In this document: positions 47,380-56,965 of the stretch, piece after piece
Numbering within the stretch: the stretch's first letter is position 1
How the letters are laid out: each line of letters starts with the position of its first letter
Source: a virus
Lineage: Duplodnaviria; Heunggongvirae; Uroviricota; Caudoviricetes
Reading direction: 5' to 3' (one strand)
Virus record (IMG/VR): IMGVR_UViG_3300042554_002914
Length of the DNA stretch: 64,000 nucleotides
The notes under the pieces: generated by a model
What the model was told of the DNA's origin: nothing
The model's input: the letters and a program-made list of their open reading frames with translations, nothing else
The model's database searches: none
Made by a program: the position numbers and the translations under genes

Positions 47380-47673
47380 TCAATAACCCAACCAGACCAG
47401 GGCCTGGCCAGCGTGGTTAGGGTTGACTTCAGGGTGGGAATCAGCCTTAAGGTCCGCAACATTTGCCCAGTGGTCCCGCAGAAGCCGCCCAAGCTCGCGG
47501 TCAGTCAGGATCAGGGACTCGCTGCGATCCCAAGCTGCGGCCAGAACGCTAGCGGCATAATTTTCGGGATCTTGACCCAGTGCATAATCAAAGCAGTCGG
47601 CCCACTGCTCGTCGGTGAATGCAATTTGCTCGGCGCTGATGATGTGGCTGGTAGCGGTGGCGGCGGTGGTCAT
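47380..47673 (-). CDS. Cassette small protein
   Basis: MTTAATATSHII...ALVWLGY. Confidence 0.75.
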   Translation of the reverse strand: MTTAATATSHIISAEQIAFTDEQWADCFDYALGQDPENYAASVLAAAWDRSESLILTDRELGRLLRDHWANVADLKADSHPEVNPNHAGQALVWLGY

Positions 47674-47823
47674 TGCGGTCCGGGTAGTGACTCTGTAAGT
47701 GTAGCACACGGGGGCAGGGTGCCGTGGGTGCTGTTACAAGAGGTAACAACAGGCACGGCATGTTGCGCTTCGTGATGATGGGCATGGCAAGGGGCCCCGG
47801 CAGGCAAGCCCCCCCCCCCAGAC

Positions 47824-48039
47824 TCACAACTTACTGCGACGTTCTTCTCTTAATACCTCACAGGCATGTTCTGCCTTGCCAAGTGTACGGCCAACTGCCA
47901 CCAGTTCCGTATCACAAAACCAGCAGCAATACATAGGGACGCTATACCCGCAGTAGGTGTATGTGATTTTCCACCTTTCATCGTCTTTCAAGGGGTGCCA
48001 CGATTGGCCGACTGTGTGGTAGCGTTCTGCGGTGGCCAT
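47824..48039 (-). CDS. Cassette small protein
   Basis: MATAERYHTVG. Confidence 0.7.
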   Translation of the reverse strand: MATAERYHTVGQSWHPLKDDERWKITYTYCGYSVPMYCCWFCDTELVAVGRTLGKAEHACEVLREERRSKL

Positions 48040-48150
48040 TTGCGGTTTGGGTAGTGACTCCGTAATTGTAGCACACGGGGGTAGGGTGCCGTGGGTTCTG
48101 TTACGCTTCGTGATGATGGGCACGGCAAGGGGCCAACACAGTGGCAACCA

Positions 48151-48330
48151 TCACCCGATGCCTTCCCGGTCGTATTCCCCGTAAGTCGATTCATATACGG
48201 CACGGTCATCGTAGAATTCAGCCTCAGCATTAGGATCGCCGTCAGCCAGTGCTTGGAGGAATTTTAGGGTATCTTCGTCAGTGGGGGTAGCGGCGAAGGC
48301 GGCGGTAATGGTTGCTGATGTGGGGGCCAT
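48151..48330 (-). CDS. Cassette small acidic protein (59 aa)
   Basis: Manual translation MAPTSATITAAFAATPTDEDTLKFLQALADGDPNAEAEFYDDRAVYESTYGEYDREGIG. Confidence 0.65.
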   Translation of the reverse strand: MAPTSATITAAFAATPTDEDTLKFLQALADGDPNAEAEFYDDRAVYESTYGEYDREGIG

Positions 48331-48525
48331 TTTTTTCTCCGGGGTGTCTGTCTATTGTAGCATAGTGCTGGGGGGGGGTTGGGGTTTGCGGGTCGGTGTT
48401 GTGCTTCGGGTGTTAGGCTTCGGTAAGTTTGCGCTACGGTAAGTTGACTATCGGGTGCGATGTTACAAAACTTAACATTTCATTGGCATCGAGTTTGTGG
48501 TATGAGTTACTTAAATGTAATTATA

Positions 48526-48800
48526 GGGTGCTTTTTGCGAGTAATGTAGAATTCCGGGGTGTGTTTTCGGAGTAATGTAGAACGCCCCAAAATAAAAACC
48601 CAAAATTCAATCCTTGAGATCGATTGCAGGGGAACGGAGTTACTCCTAAAAAAATTAAAAATTTTAGGACCTTTTCAAAAACAGCATGAAAAATTCTACA
48701 TTTGAATGCAAATTCTGCACCCTACTACTATAATCGCATATAAATTATTTAATAGAAGACTCTTATCAATGAGTTATGATACATAAGAGTTCCTTATCAA
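48526..48800. repeat. Zone-2 long element copy 1 (tail A, core form 1)
   Basis: GGGTG-N-TAATGTAGAA repeats, GGAGTTACTCCTAAAA..TTTTAGGA core, inverted TTCTACATT..TGCACCC. Confidence 0.9.
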
Positions 48801-48872
48801 TAGGTAATAGCAGTAAAGCAAAAAAAAGGGAGGGTTACCCCTACCCATTCTTTGCGCTAAGTTTATCGCCAA

Positions 48873-49208
48873 TCAATCATTCTTGGCCTTCCATGCACGC
48901 AACCGGCTAATCGCCTCCTCTATGCTGCTGGCATTAGACTTACGGAATTTGGCCGTTTTGCTATAGGAGAACATTTCGATCTTCCCACCCCCGACGGAAA
49001 ACATTGCGTAGCGGGAATTGTGGAAAATTCCGTTAATCCATTCTTCCTTGGGGTCTAGGGATACCTTGACGATTAGGGAAGCGTTTTGCTCACCGCCAAG
49101 TGTGGACCTTTGCACAGAAGAAACCGGGAAGGTGGCATTAAGGGCAGCAGCCAGGGTCTCACGGTCGGCTTCGGTCGGGATGAAGGCGGTTGCGGTTGCG
49201 GTAGCCAT
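48873..49208 (-). CDS. Cassette hypothetical protein
   Basis: SLDPKEEWINGIFHNSRY motif. Confidence 0.75.
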   Translation of the reverse strand: MATATATAFIPTEADRETLAAALNATFPVSSVQRSTLGGEQNASLIVKVSLDPKEEWINGIFHNSRYAMFSVGGGKIEMFSYSKTAKFRKSNASSIEEAISRLRAWKAKND

Positions 49209-49287
49209 GTGGCGCTCCGGTTGGTGACTCTGTAATTATAGCACAAGGGGGGAAGGGGGCGCAAGCCCCCCAACCCCAGGCCATCAC

Positions 49288-49551
49288 TCAAACGGCAGCA
49301 GGCAGGTAAATCTCCAGGGTATAGGTAACCTCAGCCTCATCATAGGCCGCCAGCGTATCGGCCAGCTCCCCAAGCGTCACATAGTCACTGTAGTCGCCAT
49401 CGTCAATCAGGAATTCCATCTCATCGCCTTCGGCGGGTTCTTCCGATAGGTAGGGGGCACAGAAGGGGGCCAGTCCGGTGGGCATGGCGACGGGCAATGC
49501 AGCGAGGATTTCAGCCAGGGTAGGGGCAGTGGGGGCGGTTGCGGTAGCCAT
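49288..49551 (-). CDS. Cassette small acidic protein
   Basis: EEPAEGDEMEFLIDDGDYSDY; no Lys/Arg. Confidence 0.7.
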   Translation of the reverse strand: MATATAPTAPTLAEILAALPVAMPTGLAPFCAPYLSEEPAEGDEMEFLIDDGDYSDYVTLGELADTLAAYDEAEVTYTLEIYLPAAV

Positions 49552-49667
49552 GGTTTGGTGTCGGTGGGTGACTCTGTAATTATAGCATGGTTGCCGGTGG
49601 GTTGGCAACCCCTGGACTTTAATGGCTGGCAAGCAAGGGGCCACCGGCAGGCAACCCCCCCGTGCCA

Positions 49668-49994
49668 TTACTTGAAGAAATAGCCGAAATGGTCCCTTCC
49701 TTTGGTCAAGGTCATCAATTCTTCATGCTGCTTCAGGTAGGAATCGTTAGAAAGGATATGGTTGAAAGGCAGGTAGCTATACCAGACTTTTCCATCCCCT
49801 GTGCGCTTGGCGGCCCCCAGAACTAGCTCCCGGTTGACAACGGCCATCGGCTCATTCTGGTGGTCAAACAAAAGGATATCACGCTTCCGAACCTTGAAGA
49901 AGCCGGTAGCAGTCCCATCAGGCTGAAATAAGGTGTCGGCAAACTCTTTGGCGGTCTCCACAAACTTGCGACCGTTGATTGTGATGGTGGCCAT
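49668..49994 (-). CDS. Cassette hypothetical protein
   Basis: MATITINGRKF. Confidence 0.75.
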   Translation of the reverse strand: MATITINGRKFVETAKEFADTLFQPDGTATGFFKVRKRDILLFDHQNEPMAVVNRELVLGAAKRTGDGKVWYSYLPFNHILSNDSYLKQHEELMTLTKGRDHFGYFFK

Positions 49995-50140
49995 TGCGGC
50001 GTTCCGGTGTGGTTGACTCTGTAATTGTACCACATTGCAGGGGAGGTTGGGGTCTTGGGTTGCTGACTCCTGGGGTGTGGTGGACAGTTTGTAAACTGTC
50101 TATTTGACTCCGTGAGTTTGACTTTTAGGGTTTGATTCTG

Positions 50141-50400
50141 GGGTGTGTTTTCGGGGTCAATGTAGAATTCCGGGGTGCTTTTTCCGGGTAATGTGGAAAC
50201 TCTGAAATCAAAAACCCGAAACTCAATCCCTGAGATCGATTGCAGGGGAACGGAGTTACTCCTAAAAAAATTGAAAATTTTAGGACCTAATGAAAAATGA
50301 GTAAGAAAATTCTACATTTGAATGCAAATTATGCACCCTGGGGCTCTTTATATACACTTTTTCGCGAATATATGTATAATAAGTGTTTATCTTATGTTGT
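50141..50400. repeat. Zone-2 long element copy 2 (tail B, core form 1)
   Basis: Same architecture; tail ctttatatacactttttcgcgaatatatgtataataag. Confidence 0.9.
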
Positions 50401-50431
50401 TATAGTTTGTTGTTGATGGGTCCAAGTAATA

Positions 50432-50670
50432 AACAACTGGGATACAGTCTCAACAGTCTCGTTTCAGTCTCAACAGTCTCGTTTCAGTCTCACAATGAGA
50501 CTTAGCCGGATAGTCAACAACTGGGATACAGTCTCAACAGTCTCGTTTCAGTCTCACAATGAGACTTAGCCGGATAGTCAACAACTGGGATACAGTCTCA
50601 ACAGTCTCGTTTCAGTCTCACAATGAGACTTAGCCGGATAGTCAACAACTGGGATACAGTCTCAACAGTT
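50432..50670. repeat. 64-bp GTCTC-rich tandem repeat (~3.5 copies) between B and A elements
   Basis: aacaactgggatacagtctcaacagtctcgtttcagtctcacaatgagacttagccggatagtc. Confidence 0.9.
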
Positions 50671-50715
50671 TCAGCTAAGTATCGTAATGAGATCACACCT
50701 CAAGAGTAGACAGTT

Positions 50716-50990
50716 GGGTGCGTTTTTCCAGTAATGTAGAATCCTGGGGTGCTTTTTCTGAGTAATGCAGAATGCCCCAAATTAAAAACCTGAAATTCAA
50801 TCCCTGAGATCCGTTGCAAGGCAACGGAGTTACTCCTAAAATTTTTGAATTTTTTAGGACCTAATGAAAAACCATCCAAAAAATTCTACATTTGAATGCA
50901 TATTCTGCACCCTGCTATCATATACTCGCGTAAAAATTATTTAATAGAAGACTCTTATCTAAATGTCTAGACAGATAAGTAATTCTTATC
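50716..50990. repeat. Zone-2 long element copy 3 (tail A, core form 2)
   Basis: Core tcctaaaatttttgaattttttagga. Confidence 0.9.
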
Positions 50991-51134
50991 AATCTAATCC
51001 CCCATCAAACCGCAATGTTGTGGTCTATTCGAGGATGCTAACCGGAGTCTCACACCAAATAGCAAAGGGGGCCGATGCCGTATAGCACCAACCCCCAAAC
51101 ATTAAACTAATGTCAATCTAAGGCCAAACCAAGG

Positions 51135-51326
51135 TCAAACATAGAGACGAACCTGAGCCCGGAAGCACTTCCGGCCTTGTTTGAGCAGAATACTCTCAAT
51201 TTTTTTGGCCTGCTTCCAAGTCCATACCCGGTTGCCCCCTACGGGCTCAGACCATGGTTTGCGGGTGATTTCCTGAACGGTATAAAAGATGCGGGTTTTC
51301 TTGGGCTTAGCGATTGCGGTGGCCAT
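51135..51326 (-). CDS. Cassette small basic protein
   Basis: 63 aa; TTGACA/TACAAT promoter. Confidence 0.7.
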   Translation of the reverse strand: MATAIAKPKKTRIFYTVQEITRKPWSEPVGGNRVWTWKQAKKIESILLKQGRKCFRAQVRLYV

Positions 51327-51411
51327 GGTGCGTGTCGGTTGGTTGGTGACAGGTGAATTGTAGCATGGTGGCCGGGGGCTGTCAATGCCTTTGCAGTAGG
51401 GGCCCAGTTCC

Positions 51412-51560
51412 CAAATTTTCGGAGGGGGCGCTAGCCCCTTGCCATCTAGGCATCATCCCCTGGGCATCAATCCCTTTGCAGTAGGGGCCAGCCCCCAAAA
51501 TTTTCGGAGGGGGCGTTAGCCCCCGACTGGTTCGGGCGCCGATAGGCGGTATCCCGAACC
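51412..51560. repeat. Two inverted copies of the ~50-bp hairpin element
   Basis: aaattttcggagggggcg(c/t)tagcccc... Confidence 0.75.
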
Positions 51561-51588
51561 CAATCCCTAGGCATCCATCCCTGAGCCA

Positions 51589-51819
51589 TCAATCCCGGGG
51601 CATCAATCCCAGGGCATCATCCCCTAGGCTAGGCCGTGAGAGCTTTGGGTATATACCCCCTGTCCTAATCAGCCACCCAGCATCCACAAGGTCTTGGGCA
51701 GCATCGAGAACGCTCGCAACGTGGAAGTAGCCGACAAGATCCACCGTATCAACGGATACACCTGGGCGGTTCAGGAAGTACAGCTTAAGGGATTCACGGA
51801 TCCACTCAGGGGATTTCAT
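51589..51819 (-). CDS. Cassette small protein (wHTH-like)
   Basis: MKSPEWIRES...AAQDLVDAGWL. Confidence 0.6.
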   Translation of the reverse strand: MKSPEWIRESLKLYFLNRPGVSVDTVDLVGYFHVASVLDAAQDLVDAGWLIRTGGIYPKLSRPSLGDDALGLMPRD

Positions 51820-52027
51820 TGGTTGCTTGTGGGTGAGACTACAGTAGTATAACACAAAGGGGCCAGGATTGCCTATGGCTGATAGCAATGGCAGTATAGC
51901 ACAAAGGGCCAGGATTGCCTATGGCTAATAACAATGGCAGTATAGCACAAAGGGCCAGGAGGCACAAGCCCCCTAGCCCAGTGAAGGCAACGGTTTCGTC
52001 ACCCCCCCTGAATTCAATAGATGGAGG

Positions 52028-52261
52028 TCACATCCATTTCATAGCAATTTCCTGAGCAGTTGCCCCGAAAAAGTGTAACACCAAATCTCTGCGACCGCGA
52101 ATATTCAGGTTCAAGATGGTGCAAGCCCGATTAAGCTCACCGCCGTCGGCCTGAACTTCCTCCACTTCGCTAGGGGCCAGGGTCCTGAGGGAAGAACTCA
52201 GGTGGGAGTCTCCGATGTAACCCGATATGCGACGGCCGGTGTTAAGGGTGACGTAAATCAT
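52028..52261 (-). CDS. Cassette small protein (paralogue of 53434..53667)
   Basis: MIYVTLN...PSEVEEVQADGGEL...FFGATAQEI. Confidence 0.75.
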   Translation of the reverse strand: MIYVTLNTGRRISGYIGDSHLSSSLRTLAPSEVEEVQADGGELNRACTILNLNIRGRRDLVLHFFGATAQEIAMKWM

Positions 52262-52346
52262 TGTGGTTCGGGGTGGTTGCCCTCGGTTGGTTGACTCTGT
52301 AATTGTAGCATGGGGCCGACACGGTGTCAACCCCCCCCTTGGGCTT

Positions 52347-52649
52347 TCAGCGACACTGACTTAGAGGTGTGAAATCAAAGTGAATATCCCGCTCGATGCG
52401 GAGCCCAGCTGGCCCCCGAGTAGCCTCTAGGTCCCTGAGATTGAAGTACCCAAGTTCCCGTTCGTGTCCGACCACAAGACCGAAACATTGACCCGTCGCA
52501 GGATCCATCTCCGTGAGGTACCATGTCCAATTGCTCCAGGGCGTGAAAAACTTGGCATAGGATATAGCCTCCATGCCTTTGCCGTCCTGGCTGTAGATGG
52601 CGGGAACCTTGGTGGCGATTGCCTTGGTTAGTAGCTTGGTGTTGGCCAT
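52347..52649 (-). CDS. DUF2958 family protein
   Basis: KFFTPWSNWTWYLTE...FGLVVGHERELGYF.L..L...IERD. Confidence 0.85.
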   Translation of the reverse strand: MANTKLLTKAIATKVPAIYSQDGKGMEAISYAKFFTPWSNWTWYLTEMDPATGQCFGLVVGHERELGYFNLRDLEATRGPAGLRIERDIHFDFTPLSQCR

Positions 52650-52819
52650 GGTTGCCCTTGGTTGGTTGACTCAGGTATTATAGCACGGATGGGGATGGTG
52701 CCGTTACGATCTGAAACAACAGGCATGGACCACCGGCAGGCAGGCCCCCGTCCGACAAGTTGACTTCGGTATTATAGCACAGGCAGGCAGGGGGCGCAAG
52801 CCCCCCCACAGGCTAGATA

Positions 52820-52999
52820 TCAGAAGGGGGGATTCTCAGTCAGCTCGAAGCTATAGGCCCCAGTGTCGTTATTGCCGTGGCTGGAAGTATACCCTACCCT
52901 AACAAGACGCAGCGCTTCCTCTAGGGCAATTTCGATGTCATCCAGGGTTTGACCGCTGGCAGTCAATTTCAGGACAAACGGGGCAGCGAGGTCGTTCAT
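52820..52999 (-). CDS. Cassette small protein
   Basis: DIEIALEEALRLV..GYTS....NDTGAYSF. Confidence 0.7.
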   Translation of the reverse strand: MNDLAAPFVLKLTASGQTLDDIEIALEEALRLVRVGYTSSHGNNDTGAYSFELTENPPF

Positions 53000-53072
53000 T
53001 GTGGCGGTAGCAGGTGGTTGGTGACAGGGCAATCATAGCACAGGCAGGCATGGAACGCAAGCCCCTAGGCAC

Positions 53073-53360
53073 TCAGCAGCAAGGAACAATCCATTCCAGA
53101 TTCCAACGCTCACATTGAGTTATAAACTCATCACTAAAACCTGCCGAACACCAGAGAATACCAAAGTTCCCCACCTGAGTAGCAATCCTTCTTGGAGTGA
53201 CAAGGTTAGAGGTGACGACTACGCGGCGGTCCGATGAATCGCCTTCGCGGTTGTCAACAATGCAAACGATCGCTGCTTTTTGGGCAAGATACCATAGCTG
53301 GTAGTAATCGCGGGACGTTTGGTAGTTGGCAAGGGGTGCGGGGCTTGCGGGGGTGGTCAT
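53073..53360 (-). CDS. Cassette hypothetical protein
   Basis: YQTSRDY..LW...IVCIVD...FI..CE..NLEWIVP. Confidence 0.7.
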   Translation of the reverse strand: MTTPASPAPLANYQTSRDYYQLWYLAQKAAIVCIVDNREGDSSDRRVVVTSNLVTPRRIATQVGNFGILWCSAGFSDEFITQCERWNLEWIVPCC

Positions 53361-53433
53361 GGCGGTTTGGGTGCCGGTGGTTGGTGACAGGGTAATCATA
53401 GCACGTAGGGTCAGGGAACGCAAGCTCCGACCC

Positions 53434-53667
53434 CTAAACATCCCCACCCCAATTCATAACAATTTCCTGGGCGTTTGCCCCGAAAAAGCGGAACACACGG
53501 GAATGAACTTTCCGGTCCAAGATGGAGCAACAACCGTAAAGTTCATCACCGTCTGCCTGAACTTCCACTACTTCGCTAGGGTTCAGGGATTTAAGTACGG
53601 AAGTCAGGTGGGGACCCCCGAGGTGACCGGATAGGGAATGGCCGTTGTTAAGGGTGACGTAGATCAT
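53434..53667 (-). CDS. Cassette small protein (paralogue of 52028..52261)
   Basis: MIYVTLN...EVQADGDEL. Confidence 0.75.
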   Translation of the reverse strand: MIYVTLNNGHSLSGHLGGPHLTSVLKSLNPSEVVEVQADGDELYGCCSILDRKVHSRVFRFFGANAQEIVMNWGGDV

Positions 53668-53908
53668 TGCGGTTCGGGTGGTTGCCGTTTGGTGCGGTAC
53701 CCCGTAATTATAGCACGGGGGCCGGGGATGCCGGGGGTTGATGCCGGGGGTTGATGCCGGGGGTTGATGCCGGGGGTTGATGCCGGGGGTTGCTGTGGGG
53801 TTGCTGTGGGGGGTTGAGTATCTGGGGTTGTTGACTCCTGAGGTGTGGTGGACAGTTTGTAAACTGTCTATTTGCGTTGGGAGTTATGACGCTGGGGTTG
53901 GGGGCCGA

Positions 53909-54212
53909 GGGTGCGTTTTCAGGGTAATGTGGAACCTTAGGGTGCGTTTTCAGGGTAATGTGGAACCTTAGGGTGCGTTTTCAGGGTAATGTAGAATGCC
54001 CCAAATTAAAAACCTGAAATTCAATCCCTGAGATCCGTTGCAAGGCAACGGAGTTACTCCTAAAATTTTTGAATTTTTTAGGACCTAATGAAAAACCATC
54101 CAAAAAATTCTACATTTGAATGCATATTCTGCACCCTACTATCATATATTCGCGTAAAAATTATTTATAGTACACTCTTATCTAAATGTCTAGACAGATA
54201 AGAAATTCTTAC
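53909..54212. repeat. Zone-2 long element copy 4 (tail A, core form 2, three 31-bp iterons)
   Basis: agggtgcgttttcagggtaatgt(g/a)gaa x3. Confidence 0.9.
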
Positions 54213-54308
54213 CTATAAGCACAATCAATGAGTTAAGAACCAGAAGACAAAAAAAGGGGGGCCATTGCCTTAGCAACAACCCCCCAACCTTTAATCGAAT
54301 GGCAACAA

Positions 54309-54506
54309 TCAAGTAGCCGCCAACGCAGCTTCAGCCTCGACAATACGGGCAGCTTTGTTGTGTGCCATTTCGGCTCTAAGTGCCTTAAGGAGGTCCGCAG
54401 ATGCTTTCAAGCCCTCAGCACCGATGACCCCTTGATTGTAAAGGTCGATAGCACCCCCCGCTGCAAAGTGGGCGTAATAGGCTCGTTGGTAACGTGTTTG
54501 GGCCAT
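54309..54506 (-). CDS. Cassette small protein
   Basis: MAQTRYQRAYY. Confidence 0.7.
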   Translation of the reverse strand: MAQTRYQRAYYAHFAAGGAIDLYNQGVIGAEGLKASADLLKALRAEMAHNKAARIVEAEAALAAT

Positions 54507-54616
54507 TTTGCTGTGGGGCGGTTGCCCCTGGTTGGTTGGTTGGTTGGTTGGTGACTTTGGTAATATAGCACGGGGCCAACACAGTGTCAACCCCGGTACC
54601 ATCAAACCCTTGGGGA

Positions 54617-54850
54617 TCAACAACCCCGGAGAGAGGCGTCCACTTCCCTAATAAAAGCCCATTCCCCGTTCCTATTGGCATAGACGTGAACAGGTATCAA
54701 TATCTGCTCGGACCATTCTAGGGCTGCGTCTTCGGCTTCGTCGGAGTAGCAGGAGGAGAAAAATACAGCCTCAGTCTCAAAGTCAAATCCCCCACCTGTG
54801 GGCAGAATGGCGAAGGTGGCGGGGGGAGTGATGATGGTTGCTGAGTCCAT
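54617..54850 (-). CDS. Cassette small protein (paralogue of 45653..45895)
   Basis: MDSATIIT...FDFETEAVFF. Confidence 0.75.
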   Translation of the reverse strand: MDSATIITPPATFAILPTGGGFDFETEAVFFSSCYSDEAEDAALEWSEQILIPVHVYANRNGEWAFIREVDASLRGC

Positions 54851-54926
54851 GTTGCCGTTTGGTGCGGTTGACTCTGTAATTGTACCATGGATGGGCCAGG
54901 GAACGCAAGCCCCCCCAACCCCCTTT

Positions 54927-55127
54927 TTAATAAGCCCCCAGGGCAATAGGAGAGCTGAAGGTGCCATTCCCGTACTGGAAGATAGCATAGAGCTTACGAC
55001 CCCTGGGGCGCTTCACTACATAACGTGTACGGGATTCTTTGATGCCACCAAAGCATTCAGCTTCAAACTGTCGGGTACTTACGACGTTGTAGGTGATGCT
55101 GTCGATTGTGAGGGTTGCCGGGGTCAT
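54927..55127 (-). CDS. Cassette small protein
   Basis: MTPATLTIDS...VKRPRGRKLY. Confidence 0.7.
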   Translation of the reverse strand: MTPATLTIDSITYNVVSTRQFEAECFGGIKESRTRYVVKRPRGRKLYAIFQYGNGTFSSPIALGAY

Positions 55128-55282
55128 CGTTGCCGTTTGGTGCGGTACCCTGTAATTATAGCATGGGGCCGAGGGTGCTGTCAACCCTTGGGATGCGGTC
55201 TCATTGGTCTCAGTTGGGTATCAAGGTGGGATTTCGGTTTGACTTTGACTTCGTGAGTTATGGCACTAGGGTTGAGTACCAA

Positions 55283-55540
55283 GGGTGCATTTTGTGAGTA
55301 ATGTAGAATTCCAGGGTGCATTTTGCAAGTAATGTAGAAACCCCAAAATCAAAAACCCGAAAGTCAATCCCTGAGATCCATTGCAGGGGAACGGAGTTAC
55401 TCCTAAAAAAATTAAAAATTTTAGGACCTAGTTGAAAACCATCCAAAAAATTCTACATTTGAATGCATATTATGCACCCTGGGGCTCTTTATATACACTT
55501 TTTCGCGAATATATGTATAATAAGTGTTTATCTTATGTTG
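55283..55540. repeat. Zone-2 long element copy 5 (tail B, core form 1)
   Basis: Same architecture. Confidence 0.9.
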
Positions 55541-55751
55541 TTGGACCCGAGTAGTAAACAACTGGGCGTGGTTCCACCAGTCTTAGCTAAGTATCGCAAT
55601 GAGTCTACATCGAGTAGTTTACAGTTGGCATCAGTCCCAACAGTCTCGTTTCAGTCCCACAATGAGACTCACCCAAGTAGTAAACAACTGGGATACGGTC
55701 TCAACAGTTTCGTTTCAGTCCCATAATGAGACCACACCTCAGGGTAAACAT

Positions 55752-56060
55752 GGCAGGTATTTTCGGAGTTAATGTGGAACCTTGGGGTGCTTTTTGCCAG
55801 CAATGTAGAATACCAGGGTGCGTTTTCCGGTTAATGCAGAAACCACAAAATCAAAAAACCAAAATCCATTCCTTGAAATCGACTGCAGGGGAACGGAGTT
55901 ACTTCTAAAATTTTTGAATTTTTTAGGACCTAGTTGAAAACAGCATGAAAAATTCTACATTTGAATGCAAATTCTGCACCCTACTACTATAATCGCATAT
56001 AAATTATTTAATAGAAGACTCTTATCTAAATATCCATAATCAATAAGTTATCCTTATCTA
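55752..56060. repeat. Zone-2 long element copy 6 (tail A, core form 2)
   Basis: Same architecture; degenerate GTCTC spacer at 55550-55740. Confidence 0.9.
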
Positions 56061-56241
56061 TGTACCAACCAATAGGTAATAGCAGTAAAGCAACAAAAAA
56101 AGGAGGGTCACCTTTCGGCAGCCCCCTTATCAGTAAGTATTTATATTTACGGGGTGAAATTGGACCCCGGAGCCAACAACCCCGGAGCCAACAACCCCGG
56201 AGCCAACAACCCCGGAGCCAACAACCCCGGCAGCCCAACCT

Positions 56242-56571
56242 TCAATAGCCAGCAAAGTCATACCTATCGAAAGGCACCGAATCCCGCTTCACCTCAGATT
56301 CGACAATTTTGCGTGATTCGCTGTCATAATGGCGCACAATGACAGACTCGGTGGCAAAACCCCAATTTTCATCAGGTTGCCGGGTATAATGGACCTTGGC
56401 ATCATCCAGGCTGGCCCATGCGAATTTTTCCTGAGAGCCGACTACATTCTCCACCGCATCCATGGTTTGGCAGAGCACAACCCCGTCGGCACTCCTAACA
56501 GTATAACCAGCAATGCGCTTGCCAACTTCATCGGTCGTGACGTAGTAGTAGTCGATGGTGGGGTCAACCAT
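56242..56571 (-). CDS. Cassette hypothetical protein
   Basis: 109 aa; own promoter. Confidence 0.75.
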   Translation of the reverse strand: MVDPTIDYYYVTTDEVGKRIAGYTVRSADGVVLCQTMDAVENVVGSQEKFAWASLDDAKVHYTRQPDENWGFATESVIVRHYDSESRKIVESEVKRDSVPFDRYDFAGY

Positions 56572-56702
56572 GTGGCGCTCCGTGTTGTACTTGCGTATTG
56601 TAGCACGGGGGTGTCGGTGCCGTTATGGTTGGTGACGCTTCGTAACGACAGGCACGGCAAGGGGCCCCGGCAGGCAAGCCCAGCCATCAGACTGTAATGG
56701 CA

Positions 56703-56888
56703 TCAACTCAAACGGACAACGGATTCCCCTACCCGGCCTTCACAATTTCCACAATCGTCTGCCTGTTGTTCAGTGATTTCTGAAGTAGAGCAACAATCAA
56801 CATCAGTTAAACCTCCCCAATTCTCATAAAACATAACCTCAAGATCAGGTCCGGCAAGAAGTTTCTTAGCGAGTTCGTGTGCTTTCAT
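56703..56888 (-). CDS. Cassette small protein
   Basis: MKAHELAKKLLAGPDLEV. Confidence 0.7.
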   Translation of the reverse strand: MKAHELAKKLLAGPDLEVMFYENWGGLTDVDCCSTSEITEQQADDCGNCEGRVGESVVRLS

Positions 56889-56965
56889 TGTTGCTTGCGT
56901 AGATGGTCGGAAAGTTGATAACGATGGTAGTATAGCACGGATGGGCAAGGTGCCGGGGCGCAGGG

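Noticed and set aside
38740-48480. NtcA boxes, Pho boxes or integron attC sites in the zone-1 blocks
   Set aside because: No exact GTA-N8-TAC in the repeated motif, no 11-bp-period Pho repeats, no RYYYAAC...GTTRRRY hairpin, and no integrase seen
50432-50670. CRISPR array
   Set aside because: Units are identical tandem copies with no unique spacers; no cas genes in the window
50805-50830. Conserved RNA hairpin TCCGTTGC-AAG-GCAACGGA implying a structured ncRNA
   Set aside because: Other copies break the pairing without compensatory changes, favouring a DNA-level element
55452-55480. dif-like Xer site at the element right end
   Set aside because: Only the XerC-like half (GGGTGCATAA) resembles dif; the XerD arm does not match
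55258-56342. ORFs called across the repeats (55258, 55463, 55726, 56026-56342; also 58226, 63670, 63698, 39992, 44128)
   Set aside because: Frames are not preserved between repeat copies; translations simply mirror the repeats
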